From positions 163,246,001 to 163,310,000 of the forward strand of contig OX597814.1 in the NCBI GenBank assembly GCA_951406725.2: a stretch of 64,000 nucleotides of DNA. Direction: 5' to 3'. Position 1 is the first letter of the stretch. Each line of letters begins with the position of its first letter. The notes beneath the pieces are model-generated. The model was not told where the DNA came from and ran no database searches. It worked only from the letters and a program-made list of their open reading frames with translations. Shown in pieces: positions 23,555-37,486 of the stretch. The stretch is from Octopus vulgaris. Taxonomy: Eukaryota. Both the position numbers and the translations under genes were made by a program.

Positions 23555-23790
23555 CGAGGGAGCTTGCGCCTTTGTGGTCGCTCGACCTGCTAAAAATTGC
23601 AACTTAATCTTTCTCAAACCACCCTGCTTAATAATAATAATAATAATTGTAATCTTAAAAGGGAAGGGCACAATGGATAATGAAGTGTAAGAAATACTGT
23701 GTTTAAAAATAAGACAGCATAGTCACGACCGAAACGCTTTTGAACCACAGGTTATTTTGATCAGCTGACCTGGGGCTAAACCACAACAAA
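23555..23790 (+). mobile_element. Short interspersed repeat, unclassified
   Basis: Core GCTCGACCTGCTAAAAATTGCAAC recurs in variant form at ~25010-25070(-), 51570-51720(-), 53125-53290(+), 58750-58790(-). Confidence 0.55.
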
Positions 23791-25914
23791 TCAAGCTGAA
23801 TGTTTTAACTGTTTTTTTTTTCAGTATCATTGTTCTCTTCTGTTTTCTGCGATGAAAATAGGCAGAAAGATATGAAGTTTGCACGTTTTCTCCATTCAGT
23901 AATTCTTCGGCCACTCTGCTAATGTAAACATCATGCTTCAGGAAAGGATGTGAATGTGACATGTTTGCCTTTCTCATGTTAGTCTACCGAAATGATTACA
24001 AATCTTAAACTGGAACCAGGTATATGACTTTCATCATTAGTTTACAATTAATTCTTCAATGTATTATCAATGATCCATGCACTCTCACGATTGAACTATT
24101 TCTATAATAGTTCCACTGGCTTTTGGCCTAGACTACGTGTTTTGTGTCAGTGCATTTGAGAGCGTTGACACCATGTAATACTCATTGGTTTACATTTAGG
24201 GTCTCTGATAAGAATTTATCAGGTGGTACTTTCTTTCCAGTCTTCTTCCCTTTTCTGAATGCTAGTCTTTAATATATGGAAACATTTTCTTAGATCTCAG
24301 TAAATTTCTGTGTCTAAGTACGATCCACTCCTCTTAGTGCACATACACTCACACATTTATAAATTATATCATATGTATATGATATAACGTGTGTGTGTGT
24401 GTGTGCTAACAGACAGAAATTTATTTTCGATCTCAGTGTTTTGTTTACAAATAAAAGGGAAGGACGTAGATTTTAAGAAAGTGCCTCTAAGTTTTTCTTT
24501 ACCTTTTCAATCTTAGATTTTGGGTAGCATAACTGCAAAGCCTTGATTACTTATTAAATTACTTCTTGAAGAGTTCTGGTATCATACTGCAGATATAGTT
24601 GCTAGGAATAAAATAAAGAAATCAGGTTGCGAGAGATTGCTTTTTATTTTTTAACAAATGCGTTTAATTTCTCATATACTATTAAATAGGAACAGCTGGG
24701 TGTGGTTAACACAATTAATATTCAGTTTGAAATTGTAATGGTCAGTTATGTTATAGGAAAACATGTAGTGGTGGTAGGTAGCAGAGGGGTGATGAATTTT
24801 AAACAAGTGACTTCAGAGAGTGGTGGCATTCAGTTAGCAAGTTTGATTATACCGAGTTCATTATGCTAGTAGCTGTTGTTTAGGTATGGATCTAATCAAA
24901 CAAATCATTAATTAACATCATTTCAGCCATAACCGTCTCAACTTATTGGGGGATATCTAAGACTACATTATCTAATGTGTATCTCCCTTTTTAATATAAT
25001 GAGTGTGATTTGAAAAGAATTTGGCTGCGATTTCTAGTAAGCAGGAAGATTACACAGAGGCTCCTTTGTTGTAAGTACTGCTTAAAAAAAAAAAGTGGAG
25101 AAAACTTTACCGGGCATTGTTTTTATTATTTTGTTTATTTATTTGTTTAATGTAATCTAGAATATAAGAGTACTAAAATATGAGTTAACAAGAAGTGCAC
25201 CATCCCAGATTTGTGAACCAAATAGTTGGGACTGTTGAAGATGAGTAACATTCAAGCTTCATAACATGATTTGATTCAACTAAGTCAGAGTCTTTCTGTT
25301 GGGATAGTGCAGCACACACAAACATCTGCATTGTTGAAAAAGAACAACAAAAAACACCCAATTGATTGACATGAAGTTGCACTAGCCTCTTCCTCAGATG
25401 TACTCTCTCTTCATGCTTTTCTACAGCTACTACAGTGGCCCACCCAATTCACTAATTTTCCCTCTTTTCATCACTCGTATTATGTCTAACCTTTATAGGC
25501 TTCCCATTAATTACTATACACAATCTTTCTTCCACAGAACATCATCCTACTGGAAATCCCCTCCCAGTTTGTGTTTTTATCTCTAGTTATCAACTTGCAG
25601 TTATTCTTGAGCATCTACTACATCAGTGTTGCCAATCTCAAAGGGACTATAAAGGTCACAGGTACAGTTCCTTCCTCCAAACCAAAAGAAAAGAAAATCA
25701 GCATCAAGGCTGTACATGGAACATGGTTTTCCAAATATGAGAACTTGAGAATCACGTAATGTATGAGGGTAGATATGCACAGTACTTCTTATATAGATAA
25801 GTTGACAATGTTTTAACTACCTGGCATGCCTTATACAGAAATGTGTATTTGTACTAAAAAGAATGTACTTCAAGGATTAACATAAGGTCCCAGGGTGGTA
25901 GCACTAAGCAGTGA

Positions 25915-26208
25915 TATGTATAAATACAAGGCTATTACCAGCATAGATATACTTGGTGCATATTCGAGTCCGTAAAAAAGCAATTCATTGTGTTATGGAG
26001 AAAATTTCTGACTGTAGACAAATGACGTAAATGCACCTTTCAAAGTTTACCAGTCTGGGTGGCACTGTGAGCTGATTTTAGGTGTATTTACGCCATTTTT
26101 CTATAGTGAGAAATTTTCTCCATGACAAAACACAGTGAATAGCTTTCTTACAGGTTCAAATATACCCTGAGCATATTTGAACTTGAAATAACCTTGTATA
26201 TAAACATA
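25915..26208. mobile_element. Fold-back (fully palindromic) MITE
   Basis: Arms of ~135 bp, e.g. ATGGAGAAAATTTCT/AGAAATTTTCTCCAT and TACAAGGCTATT/AATAACCTTGTA, with a short central spacer. Confidence 0.8.
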
Positions 26209-26879
26209 AAGTCATCTCTCTTGTTCACTTCCTTTCCTATCCACTGCACCATCACACTATTCTCTTCTAATACTCTTACTTCAACATTCTTCTATTACTC
26301 CCGCTTCTACCATCCTCTCAAGACAATCAGTTTCTCTCATCGTAGTTTCACTTTGTAAAGTGGTTAGAAAAGGAACAGAGACAATGTAGCGTCAAGAGGG
26401 CCCTCAAGTTTGTCTGTAAACATAGCAATGTTTCTTGTATTGGTGTTGCATTCAAATGCACTCAGTATGCTCTGTAAAGTGGTTTATATTAGGAAGATCA
26501 TCCAGCCTTTGAAACTGTGACAAAAATAGGATGGTTGAGTGAGATATGGTCCTCTGACTTGTCTTGGAAACTCAGAATAAAAACTGACATTGAATATGAC
26601 AACTTGTTGAACCTATGAAAAGTAAATGTAAAGATGATTATGATGTATGTGTGTGTGCATGCATGTGTATATATACTGCATGCATAAAATTCTGCTGTCT
26701 TTCGTGAATTTCCAACTGTCTTAAATGTTGGATTTTTCACTCCGCACAGCAAGTTCACTGCACTCTTTTTGTCAGTTTTACTAAATAATATAAGTTTTGT
26801 TGATACAGACAAAAACCAGTCTCTTTGGAGTCTGTTGGCTCATATATATATATATATATGTTTATATATACATTGTGTC

Positions 26880-27478
26880 AAGTTCATCAACATCAAAATA
26901 AAAATCGTATCGATATTGTAGTTGTGATATCCGTGCCGGTGGCACGTAGGGCCTCACAGAGAAAATGATGAACACCAAGACCTCTGAGATATGCTGTGAC
27001 TGTGAAGACCTAACAAATGAAGTGAGTTTGGGGCTCACAGGACGGCCTGTTGTGCTAACCTTGGATCGTAGAGTGACCCGCTGTACTTGAGGAGACCTAT
27101 TGAGTCAAGTACGTCAACACCAACATCAAAATAAAAATCGAATGGAAATTGTAGTTAAGATACCCATGCCAGTGACATGTAAAAAGCACTGTCTGAACGT
27201 GGCAGATGCCAGCGCCGCCTGACTGGCGTCCGTGTTGGTGTCACGTAAAAGCACCAACCGATCGTGGCCGTTTGCCAGCCTCCTCTGGCCCCTGTGCTAG
27301 TGGCCCGTAAAAAGCACCCACTACACTCATGGAGTGGTTGGCATTAGGAAGGGCATCCAGCTGTAGAAACACTGGCAGATCAGACTGGAGCCTGGTGAAG
27401 CCTCCTGGCTTCCCAGACCCCGGTCGAAAAATCCAACCCATGCTAGCATGGAAAACGGATGTTAAACGATGATGATGA

Positions 27479-27481
<3 letters not shown>
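26880..27481 (+). mobile_element. RTE LINE 3' end/UTR with (GAT)n tail
   Basis: DLWRYAV-like ORF end at ~26980 and the shared tail GGAAGGGCATCCAGCTGTAGAAAC...CCCATGCTAGCATGG...GTTAAACGATGATGAT. Confidence 0.85.
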
Positions 27482-27525
<44 letters not shown>

Positions 27526-27908
27526 GACACACATATGCAAGTATACATGGCATGAGAGAGGTATTTGTGAGCATGGCAGGACTCTACCCCACTTATAAAA
27601 AGTATGATCAGCTGCTGTTTCTCCTATTAGCCCCAGTTAACTGACAATACTTGATAGTAAGGGAGCTTTTATATGATTGCCTGTGTGATCCTGACTAGTG
27701 TAGTTTGAGACATTTGTTCATCAGTCATAAGTAAATGCAGCCCATCTAGGAGACCAGTATCCCAGAATGAAACTTTATATGAGGGATGTGTGTGAACTCC
27801 AGAAGTAACTCCAAATAAATAGTCTACAAACTAGTGCAATGACGACCAGGCCTTGTGTGAGAACCTCTTGACCATCATGAATCAATTGCATAAATTCTCA
27901 TCCTTTAA

Positions 27909-28292
27909 CCCTTTCGTTACCAACCCGGCTGAAACCACCTCTGGCTCTGAGTACAAATGTCTTGTTTTCATAAGTTTTAAATTAAAATCTTCCACCAAAC
28001 CTTAGTCACAATCTATGTTCCTAACACTAGCTTTATGATAACCAAGTTATTTTACTAAATTCTTTGTTATTCCCCCCCTCTCTCTCTTTCGGAGAGGCAC
28101 AAGCATCTACACGCACATATACACACACGGCAGTAACTTCCGCCTGCCGAATTCAATCACAAAGCTTCGGTCAGCTCGGGGCTATAGTGGAAGACACCTA
28201 CCCAAAGTGCCACGCAGTGGGACTGAACCTGAAACCATGTAGCTATATTTAAAGTAAGTGAGCATCTCAAAATAAATACAGTTATGAAAGGG
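27909..28292. mobile_element. piggyBac-like MITE with nested SINE fragment (~28130-28242)
   Basis: TTAA|CCCTTTCGTTAC ... GTTATGAAAGGG|TTAA. Confidence 0.8.
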
Positions 28293-28649
28293 TTAAGGAG
28301 CAGGAAACAGACATCAAACACTTGTCTACCCCCTCCCTTCTGAAGTATCCATTTTCCTCTCAGGTGTCACTATCAATGTTAGTATGGTGAAAAAAGTCTG
28401 GGAGAAACTGAAAAGATTTTAAAATGGATGTGAGATATCTACTGTATACAAGCGGTAAAATAAGAACAATTTCTTCCTAGAAGGTAACAGTTATTTTGGT
28501 GGCTAGAATAGGCATATGTTTACTGGAAAATAGTGTTATATATTCTGAGAGGTAAGAATATGTGAGAGAATAATAAAGCTTAGATTAGTTGTACACAACA
28601 TGACAGCAGGTGACTTTAATGAGTGGATATACTGAGCAACATAATAGTA

Positions 28650-28870
28650 GTTTTAAATTTTGGTACAAGGCCAGTAAGTTCAGGAGAGGGGACAAGCTGA
28701 TTTTATCAACTCCAGTACTCAACTGGTACTAATTTTACTGACCCTGAAAGGATCAGTAAAATTAGTAAAGTAGACCTTGGCAGAATTTGAACTCAAAATG
28801 TAATGGCAGACTAAATGTTACCGAGCATTTTGCATGGTGTACTAATGATTCTGCCAGCTTGATGCTTTAT
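28650..28870 (-). mobile_element. tRNA-derived SINE (second family)
   Basis: Reverse complement resembles 63226-63447 (GGCAGAATC.TTAG head, CCTTTC.GGGTC...AGTACCAGTT). Confidence 0.7.
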
Positions 28871-28889
28871 TGGGCAACATAATAATAGC

Positions 28890-29810
28890 TACTCTTTCAT
28901 ACATGAAAACTGTTGACATCATACAAGGAATGAGTAAGGATTAAGGCTTTGGAATTTTGGTATACAAATGATGCAACTATTTGTACCACTGATTTTAGGA
29001 AACTTGACAGCTACCAGGTCACCTACAAATTTGGAAAATGCCTAGTGAAGAATGTACAACTTGATATAGTCAAGAGTTAGATGGCATTAAATACACTAGG
29101 CGATCTAGAGAATAAAAGTATGGAAGCTGAAGGATCCTGCAGTCAAATATAGAATGAAGGAAGCACTAGTTTCTGCATTTGACTAAAAGCAGATAATGAA
29201 ATTTTTCTGAGACAACCTGCTATATGCCACAGCCAGATATGTTGATGAAATAGCATGAAATAGACTTGGTGGTGGAATGCTGCAGTTGATAGAAAAGAGG
29301 GAGTATAGAACAGTATCAAGCTACCAAAAGTGAGGTACACTAAGCATAGATGGGAAGCTAAAATTAAGTGGTTTGCCAATGTTCTTAGACAAGAGAATCA
29401 GAGAGGTATGAAGTGATTTGGATTGCAAGTAGTGTGTCAGTGAGAATCAAGTCACTGGGAGTAAATTATGCACAGAATGATAGCATTGCACTTATTGCTG
29501 GCACTAAGAAAAATGAGGAAAGGATAAGCTGTCACAAGTTGCTGAATGTGAAGAATGCATACAGAGAAAAGAGATGAACATAATCAGCTAGATGTTTAAT
29601 GTTAGCGCATATAAATGGATTGAACACAAATGAGCTGGTAGAAAAAAAAAGACAGGGTTTAAAATAGCAATCAGATGTGATATGCACAGGAAAAGATTGT
29701 GCTCATATGAACATTTGATGGGTCAGAACCAGTAAAAAACAGTCACCTCAACAGATAACAAGGCTCTGCAACAAGTATTGAGAGATGTACCCAACACATG
29801 CAAGCACAAA
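28890..29810 (+). mobile_element. Highly decayed RTE LINE (endonuclease/linker region)
   Basis: Residual motifs including TWWWNAAVD and an F.K...HxITYxxG-like segment. Confidence 0.55.
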
Positions 29811-30129
29811 AAATGGATGTCTGCATATATATATATATGTATGTATGCGTATACATGCTTGCATATATATATATACACACACATAAATATATGCTTGCAT
29901 ATAAATAAGTATGCATAAATCAAGACACCTATGTATGCATCTATCATTACACATATTTACATATATCTATATATGCACACATACAGATATGCATATAGAT
30001 ACACGGATATATCTGCATATGTATATATATGCATATACACACTCATGCTGATATTTGTGTGTATGCATGTGTGTGTGTGTGTGTGTGTACATATGTGTAT
30101 GAATCAAATCATCATAAATTTATATGCAT

Positions 30130-31860
30130 TTTCTAATATTTGCTGTCGTGGTCCCTTGTCATTCCCTTCATGAAGGTGGGCTTTTGATATCAGTCCACAT
30201 CAGTTTCTCCCAGTGTTTTCGTCTCTCGGATTGTTCAACATTTCTATACCCAACAGTCACCCTTCATATGTGTCCTCTCTCTATACTAACTCAGTATTCT
30301 CTCTTGCTCACTACAGCTGATTCTTCTTGTACCCATTTGCACTCCATTGTTTATGCACACTAGCATTATTCAATCAAGGAAGCATGCTTGCCTCATTACT
30401 TTATGACCTTTGCACATCAGTCACATTTAAAGTGTGATACTGCTACTATGTAGCATTGCACTTTGTATGCAAGCATCATGCAATCTGCATTTTACATGTA
30501 AAGGACATCCCTTTGTTACTAGTTCAATTATTATATCCGTGAACTTTTTTTTTTATCCCTTTCTTCAGATATTATGCTTTCTGTGCAGCCTCCTCCATTA
30601 CAGTTTAAGTCATGTAGATAAGAGAAAGTATTAACTAGACCGGTAGATTGTTCTCTGTCAGTCTGTACTGCTACAGTATCTCTTGCACATTCACACCTTA
30701 TATTAGGTACACTGTGTAGAAATCCTACCAATACCATTTCCATTTATTGATCATAGCCACTTCCCAGGTTTACACAGTATTGAATTCCTAATGATATCGT
30801 TTCTGCTTATTAAACTTGGCCACTTCTCTGAATGCAATGAAGTTATCTATTTTTCCTTAATAATTTAGAAGTCTCACACTTTTTCATTTGATTCAGCTAC
30901 AAGAATTAAGTTGTTTGCATGCAGTTAGTCAGTCCTGAACTCCTCTGTTTTGGTCCGAGGTATTATAGTAAAATGTATGAGTATAAGAATGAAGCCCTGA
31001 TGTACATCTACCTGCTACCAAATTCCATATTGATTTCAATGATAACTTTTACCTTGCTGACAGCATCTCTGTTCAAAGCTTCCATGGTGCTCTTGAGCCA
31101 TTTATTTTGACCTCCAGACAACAGAGCATGATACTTTGTCAATGAGTACTAGATGTTTGAGCTTGCACTTAGTTAACAACTTCTAAATAGTTGTTTCACA
31201 AATTAGTGTCAGTAGTAACTGCCCCTGGCACAAACCCAAATTGTAACTCATCTAAGTAATTTTGTTCCCCCATAGCTTTCCTATAACTCTTCCCATAGGT
31301 TCATAACTTGGTCCTTCAATTGTCCTCTGTAGTCATTTCTTTCAGAAGCAGCGTGTTTATCTTTCTAACAGTTGAGGATGATACTTTTACACCAGTCATT
31401 GTTGATGTCCCCTTCTTTGCTCTATCTAATATAACATGTGAATGACTAAGGTATCTCCTACTTGTCAAGTTTTTGAGTATTTTCAGTGCCAACTGTGCTT
31501 GGTGGTTTGACTAGTTTCAAAGCCTTCATATGCTTAATGGCCCTTTCTATAATACAGCTGTAAAATATTTCATAGTAACATTTCTATTCTTCATTCTTCT
31601 TGGCATCACTGACACTTTTCACCAACAATATTTGTGTGTTTGTACATATATTTATCCCTATGCCACATCAAGGACTCACCACTGTGTTGGACCTATGGTT
31701 TAAATTGGATTTGGTACTTGCATATTTATGGTGTCCTACCAACACTTAATGCCTTCAGTGTTGCTTATTTCACTGTAAGCTCTGCTATCATACCTAGCCT
31801 TCTGCCATTGTATATGAGTTGATGTGTCTTGATTCTCAAGAATCCTTATAACAAAATCAT
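30130..31860 (-). mobile_element. Highly decayed RTE LINE
   Basis: Reverse strand shows LDELQFGFVPGA..TD and other RT remnants paralleling 41143-42446. Confidence 0.6.
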
Positions 31861-32349
31861 GTATATATAAATATAGAAGTGTAGAATCCATAGAAATTCT
31901 TCTGTGTTCCTTTCTGTGGAAGAGCGTAGGCTTGAAACATCAAAGACTTTTTCACTTCCTGAGCGTTATACTAATACATCTGTTTTCTTGTCTACACCAC
32001 CTGTCTTCGTCTTTTGTGTTTTTTGTGAATTCTCCATATATATATATATATATATATATATAAAGGATACATTATGGAACTCATTTTAATTTGTTATATC
32101 TATTTATCACCCAAAGAGACACATCTGCACCGCTGGATGCTCTTGAACCAGTTGTCAAGTATCCCACCCATGAGGGATCAATGCTAGATATGTTGAAACA
32201 ATTGTTATGATTATTAGAAATTCTCATATCTTCCATCTTTCATTTACCATGCATATACATATATATATAAAATATATATGCATGCATATGTGCATACATA
32301 TAAGTATGCATATTTGATACATTGCTGTGTAATCTAGAACAAGTTATGC

Positions 32350-33660
32350 CTGTGATTCTATCATTGCAGAACATCAACAAATCTCTTAATTCCATCTTAT
32401 TTTACTAAGAATACCTTACATCTAGCTTTTTTTTTCCTAGCTATCTAATATTGTTCTTTACCATGTTTTCTTTCATTCTTTGCAGTTCAGTCTTTCAGCT
32501 TTTATAGCTCTATCTACTGTACTACTCCACCACAAACTCCTACCTAGTTTGAAGCTTGACTTTTGTGTTGTAAGTCTTCATCATCTCATTTTAGCTGTAG
32601 ATATCAACTAACCTAATATTTCTCAGAACTTAGATATAGCTAAAGGATATTTTCATCTCCCATAGCTTCCTACTCCAGACTGTTTTGTACCTTCTGAGTC
32701 TGTTTAATTTTTATCTGCATACCACTAATCACTGTTCTGTTGAGTGATTACAGGTAAGTTTACTGCCATCAATCAATTCATCATGAAGAAAGTTGACTGT
32801 GAGGAAAGTTCACCAAGAAAATATGTCCATAGTATCTCACCATTAACAGTTATAAACTATTTTATTGAAAAAATAAGGTAAATTATTGACAGTGAACTTT
32901 CTCTGCAGTGAATTGATAGCTGAACTTTTTCTGCAGTGAATTGATAACAGTGAACTTACCGGACATGTTGCTGAGTGGTACATTCTTCAATAGGAAAGAC
33001 TTGGTACTCACAACTATTTGTCTATCTCATTTCCTGGTTGATATGATGTTCACGTGATTGATAGGTGATCAGATGACTGTCGGGTTTCCTGAAGCTAATG
33101 TTACAGATAGTTTGATCATTTACGTCACAGAACTCCAAGAGTCTTGACCCCACCTTCATTCCTTGTGCCATATCTATAACCACCTTTTATCAGAGTAGCC
33201 AACTTGGTATTTCCAGTATGCCCATTAAAGTCACCAGCTGTGATAATGAAGATGTTGTCATGTACTATGGAGGTATTTCACAAAAAAAATGTAATAATAA
33301 AAAACACACAGAATGTCCTTTTACTCACCACTCAGTTCTGATTATAGTACATATTTAAAGATCACGGTTTCTATTGTGTTACCTACAACTGGTTGAAGCT
33401 TACTTATTTCTTTTACTCTTAATTATCTTAATTACTCAGTCCATTTTCTATATACAATATGTCTTTACTTTACTCATCCAGAAGAATCTCTACCTTGTTC
33501 CTTGCCTACAAAGAATCCAGCTGAAGCTCCCATGAACATACTCCTTCTACACTGTACACATCTCATCTCATCACTCTAGTAACTTAACAATCATTCTGCA
33601 CCTATCTTTCATCATACCAAAGTTGGTAGTGACATTTCTGAAGTTTTGCATCTGTCAGGA
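32350..33660 (-). mobile_element. Highly decayed RTE LINE, endonuclease region
   Basis: Reverse strand AGDFNGHTG motif at ~33215-33240 and QIDK/IDY-like segment. Confidence 0.55.
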
Positions 33661-34129
33661 AGAGCTTTATATATACATACACATCGCACACGTACACAGA
33701 TGTACACACACATTCATTCATTCATTCACTCACTCACCATGACTTGATTTTCCGGCTTGGTTGTTTGGTTAAGAAGTGTATTTCACAACCACATGGTTTC
33801 CAATGTGATATTATTGCATGTCATCTTGGGCAAATGTCTTCATAGTCTCTGATTGACTGAAATTGGCATGCTAAAGCTGTGGAGGTCCATTTTATGTATT
33901 AGATAAACAGATGAATTCAATAAATAGCCCAATAAAAATATAATAAAGCAAAGTTCACAAATTTTCACCTATACACATAAACACTTGACCACAAGAAATA
34001 ACCAATAAAGAGGCACCAAAATAGAGGTACTGAATACACAAACAAGAAACTATAACCACACCAACAAATATGAATAAACCACCACATCAAGTTACAATAG
34101 CTTTTACCTAAAGATATAGAAACTATAAC

Positions 34130-36487
34130 TGGCTTCTGAAAGTGACATTGTACTGGATATAATGCCACTGTTATCCATCATGTGCCAATCCAGTTCATAC
34201 AACACAAGTCAGTTCACACAGTACCTGACATTTATGATGCTGCCAACTTTTCAACGGAATTTATTGATTCTCCTTAGCACTGGTGTCCCTCTTCACAACC
34301 TGCTACAAAAGTTGGATACAAAATATGCACTAAAACTAAGTAATGATTCAAAATGCTCACACACTTATGCTGCATTTGATCAGAACCGAAGTCTCTATTT
34401 TGACTGGTTGTTCCAAGGGAGATATTTACATTTCACACATTTACCCCATCCCATCAGACATGCTATTTCTATTCAAGCTCTTTCAGTTTCCAGTGACACT
34501 ATCTTTGCCTCTGATCATTAACAACTCTCAGAGGCAGTTGGTCAGAATTGCTAGTGTTAAGCTGACAAGTCTATGTCTCCCTCATGGTCAGCTCCATGCA
34601 GATAACTTTTTATCTGAGTACCAAACCACAGAACAAGAAACGTTGTCTCTTCAGATCTCTTGCCGAACGAAACACTTCTTAAAAATGTTTCTGCTTTATG
34701 CATTGCATATCAGTTTAGAATTACAAGAAAAAGTAAAACAAATAGGTAGTATTTTCTTAAGTCACACATTTAAAATTATCAATAAACACAGCCTTGAAGG
34801 TTTCATACTTCATAGAAACCCGAAAAATTTCAAATTGAGGTATGTCTGTGTATTCATCATCATCATTTAACGTCTGTTCTCCATGCTAGCATGGGTTAGA
34901 TGGTTCGACCGGGGATCTGGGAAGCCAGAAGGCTGCACCAGGCTCCGGTCTGATCTGGCAGTGTTTCTACAGCTGGATGCCCTTCCTAACGCCAACCACT
35001 CCGTGAGTGTAGTGGGTGCTTTTTACGTGCCACCGGCACAGGTGCCAGGCAAGGCTGGCAACAGCCACGATTGGATTGGTGCTTTTTATGTGTCACCGGC
35101 ATGGAAGCCAGTCAAGGCGGAGCTGGCATCGGCCACATGTGGATGGTGCTTTTTTACGTGCCACCAGCACGGAAGCCAGTCAAGGCTGCGCTGGTATCGG
35201 CCACGTTCGGATGGTGCTTTTTACGTGCCACCGGCACAGGGATCTCAACTACTGTTTCCATTGATTTTTGATGTTGGTGTACTTGACTCAATAGATCTCC
35301 TCAAACACAGGGTTGAAACAGTGTTTCTTTACTTGCCACCTGCACAGGAGTCAGTCCAGCGGCACTGGCAACTGCCGGGTGCCAGTCATTGGATTGGTTC
35401 AATTTCAATTCCGATTTCACTTGCCCCAACAGGTCTTCACAAGCAGAGTTTTGTGTCCAATGAAGGGAGGTTGGCATGGGTGCCAGTCGTCGGATGAGGT
35501 TCGATTTCGACTTCACTTGCCTCAACAGGTCTTCGCGTGTCCAAGAAAGGAAAGGCATGCATAAGTGGGCTGGCTATATCCCTTGCAAGGGACACAGGAT
35601 GGACTCACTTGTTCTGCCGGGTCTTCTCACGCACAACATATTTCCAAAGGTCTCGGTCACTAGTCATTGCCTCGGTGAGGCCTAAAGTTCGAAGGTCATG
35701 CTTCACCCCCTCGTCCCAAGTTTTCCTGGGTCTACCTCTTCCACGGGTTCCCTCAACCGCTAGGGATTGGCACTTTTTCACACACCTTTCTTCATCCATT
35801 CTCGCCACATGACCATACCAGTGCAATCATCTCTCTTGCACACCACAGCTGATGCTTCTTAGGTCCAACTTTTCTCTCAAGGTACTTACACTCTGTCGAG
35901 TATCTACACTGACATTACACATCCATCGGAGCATTCTGGCTTCATTCCTCGTGAACTTATGCATGTCCTCAGCAGTCACGGCCCATGTTTCACTGCCATG
36001 TAGCATGGCTGTTCGTACACATGCATCATACAGTCTGCCTTTTACTCTCAGCGAGAGGCCTTTATTCACCAGCAGAGGTAAGAGCTCCCTGAACTTTGCC
36101 CAGGCTATTCGTACACTAGCAGTTACACTTTCAGCACACCCACCCCCGCTACTGACTTGGTCACCTTGGTAACGGAAGCTATCAACTACTTCTAGTTTTT
36201 TCCCCTGGAAGTTGTTTTCTGCAGATTTTGAGTTTTTTTTTGCTCCTGAGCATCTGCCACATACAAAAACTATCTTCCCAGTTAGCCTTCCTTTGACATT
36301 GCTGCACCTCTTATGTGTCCATAGCTTACACTGGGTACATGCTTACACTGGGTAAACAAATATTCGAAAATAATTACTTAGAAAAAGTATTGCATTCAAC
36401 TTTGCTTTAAGTTAAATCATTTCAGTTTAACAAATAGAAAAGTTTCTACATATTACACACTTGGGCAACATCAAATATCTCTGCTAG
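34130..36487 (+). mobile_element. Helitron 3' remnant (PIF1-like helicase fragment) interrupted by an RTE LINE
   Basis: GVPLHNL; EVSILTG..KG...PIPSD..F.FK..QFPV.L...INNSQ.Q...CLPHGQL matches Helitron helicase motifs; 3' end GGGCAAC...CTGCTAG|T at 36487. Confidence 0.75.
34855..36354 (-). mobile_element. RTE LINE, 5'-truncated, with ~750-bp 3' UTR and (GAT)n tail
   Basis: VKGRLYDACVRTAMLHGSETWA, HWYGHVARM...GRGRPRKTW...DRDLWK; stop at 35605. Confidence 0.93.
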
Positions 36488-37265
36488 TGTGTGTGTCTAA
36501 TATATATATATATATAACATGGAACATGGACATTAGATGATGATGATATATAATATATATATATGTTATATACATAATACACACAGAGACACGTCACTTT
36601 ACATTCATTTTCCTACACTGGCCTGTTTTGGATAGTTTCCTGAAGTACACCATCCTCCTACTTGTTGCTATCTATTGTTGTCTCGTTCATGAAGTTCAGT
36701 TTCCTGAAATCAAACTTCACCACATTTCATACCCTTCTCTAGTGCTGGTTTCTTCTAACTGTCATTTTTCATTTTCATTACATATTCACACCAGAGTAGT
36801 CTTCTATCTTGCACACTACAGCTGATGTTTTTGGGGTTTTTTTTTTTATTCTTTCTCTGTTCACTGTATGCTTTGTCAGTCATTCATGCTCATGTTTCAC
36901 TACCATGTACACAAGCATCATACAATTTACTCTTTGTTCAAAGAGAGAAGTCCTAGGTTGCGAACAAACATACTAGTTCTTGGAATTTTTCCCTACTCCA
37001 TCTTTACTTTGTTACTTTGTTTATTATGTTTTGACAACATCCTACTCTATTGTTAATTAGGTCATCTAAATAACAAGCTATCAGCTATTTCTTGTGGACT
37101 TTTGAAAATGGTGCCTTTTAATATAAAATCGAAAGATTTCATCTTGTTTGTAGTCTTACAGTACCTTTTGTGTACCAGTTGTTTCCATTGTATACCTACT
37201 GTATTTTCTGGCATAAAAGTCCATATATGTATAAAGACATTCAAACATCATTACCATCTTTTCAA

Positions 37266-37486
37266 TCCTTTAGCATTTAAACTGACAATATCTGGCCCAA
37301 ATATTTTGTCTGTTTTATGTTCAAACCAGCCAGATCTGATCCTCTCACACCTACCCTACAATGTCATTCTAAAAATGTGACAGTCTCATTATTGAACTAT
37401 GAAGCTACAAGATAATACCTAATTAATTCAAAACAATGTGAATAAATAAGCTTTACATTTGACAGAAAAATTTGAATACTAAAGGG
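37266..37486. mobile_element. piggyBac-like MITE
   Basis: TCAA|TCCTTTAGCATT ... AATACTAAAGGG|TTAA (degenerate left end). Confidence 0.7.

Noticed and set aside
32160-32215. GAAACAATTGTTA palindromic stem-III-like motif
   Set aside because: No acceptable core or stem II upstream.
35015-35240. CRISPR-like recurrence of GGTGCTTTTTACGTGCCACCGGCA at 63-68-bp spacing
   Set aside because: The spacers resemble each other, there are no cas genes, and it is a tandem subrepeat of the RTE 3' UTR also seen in other tail copies.
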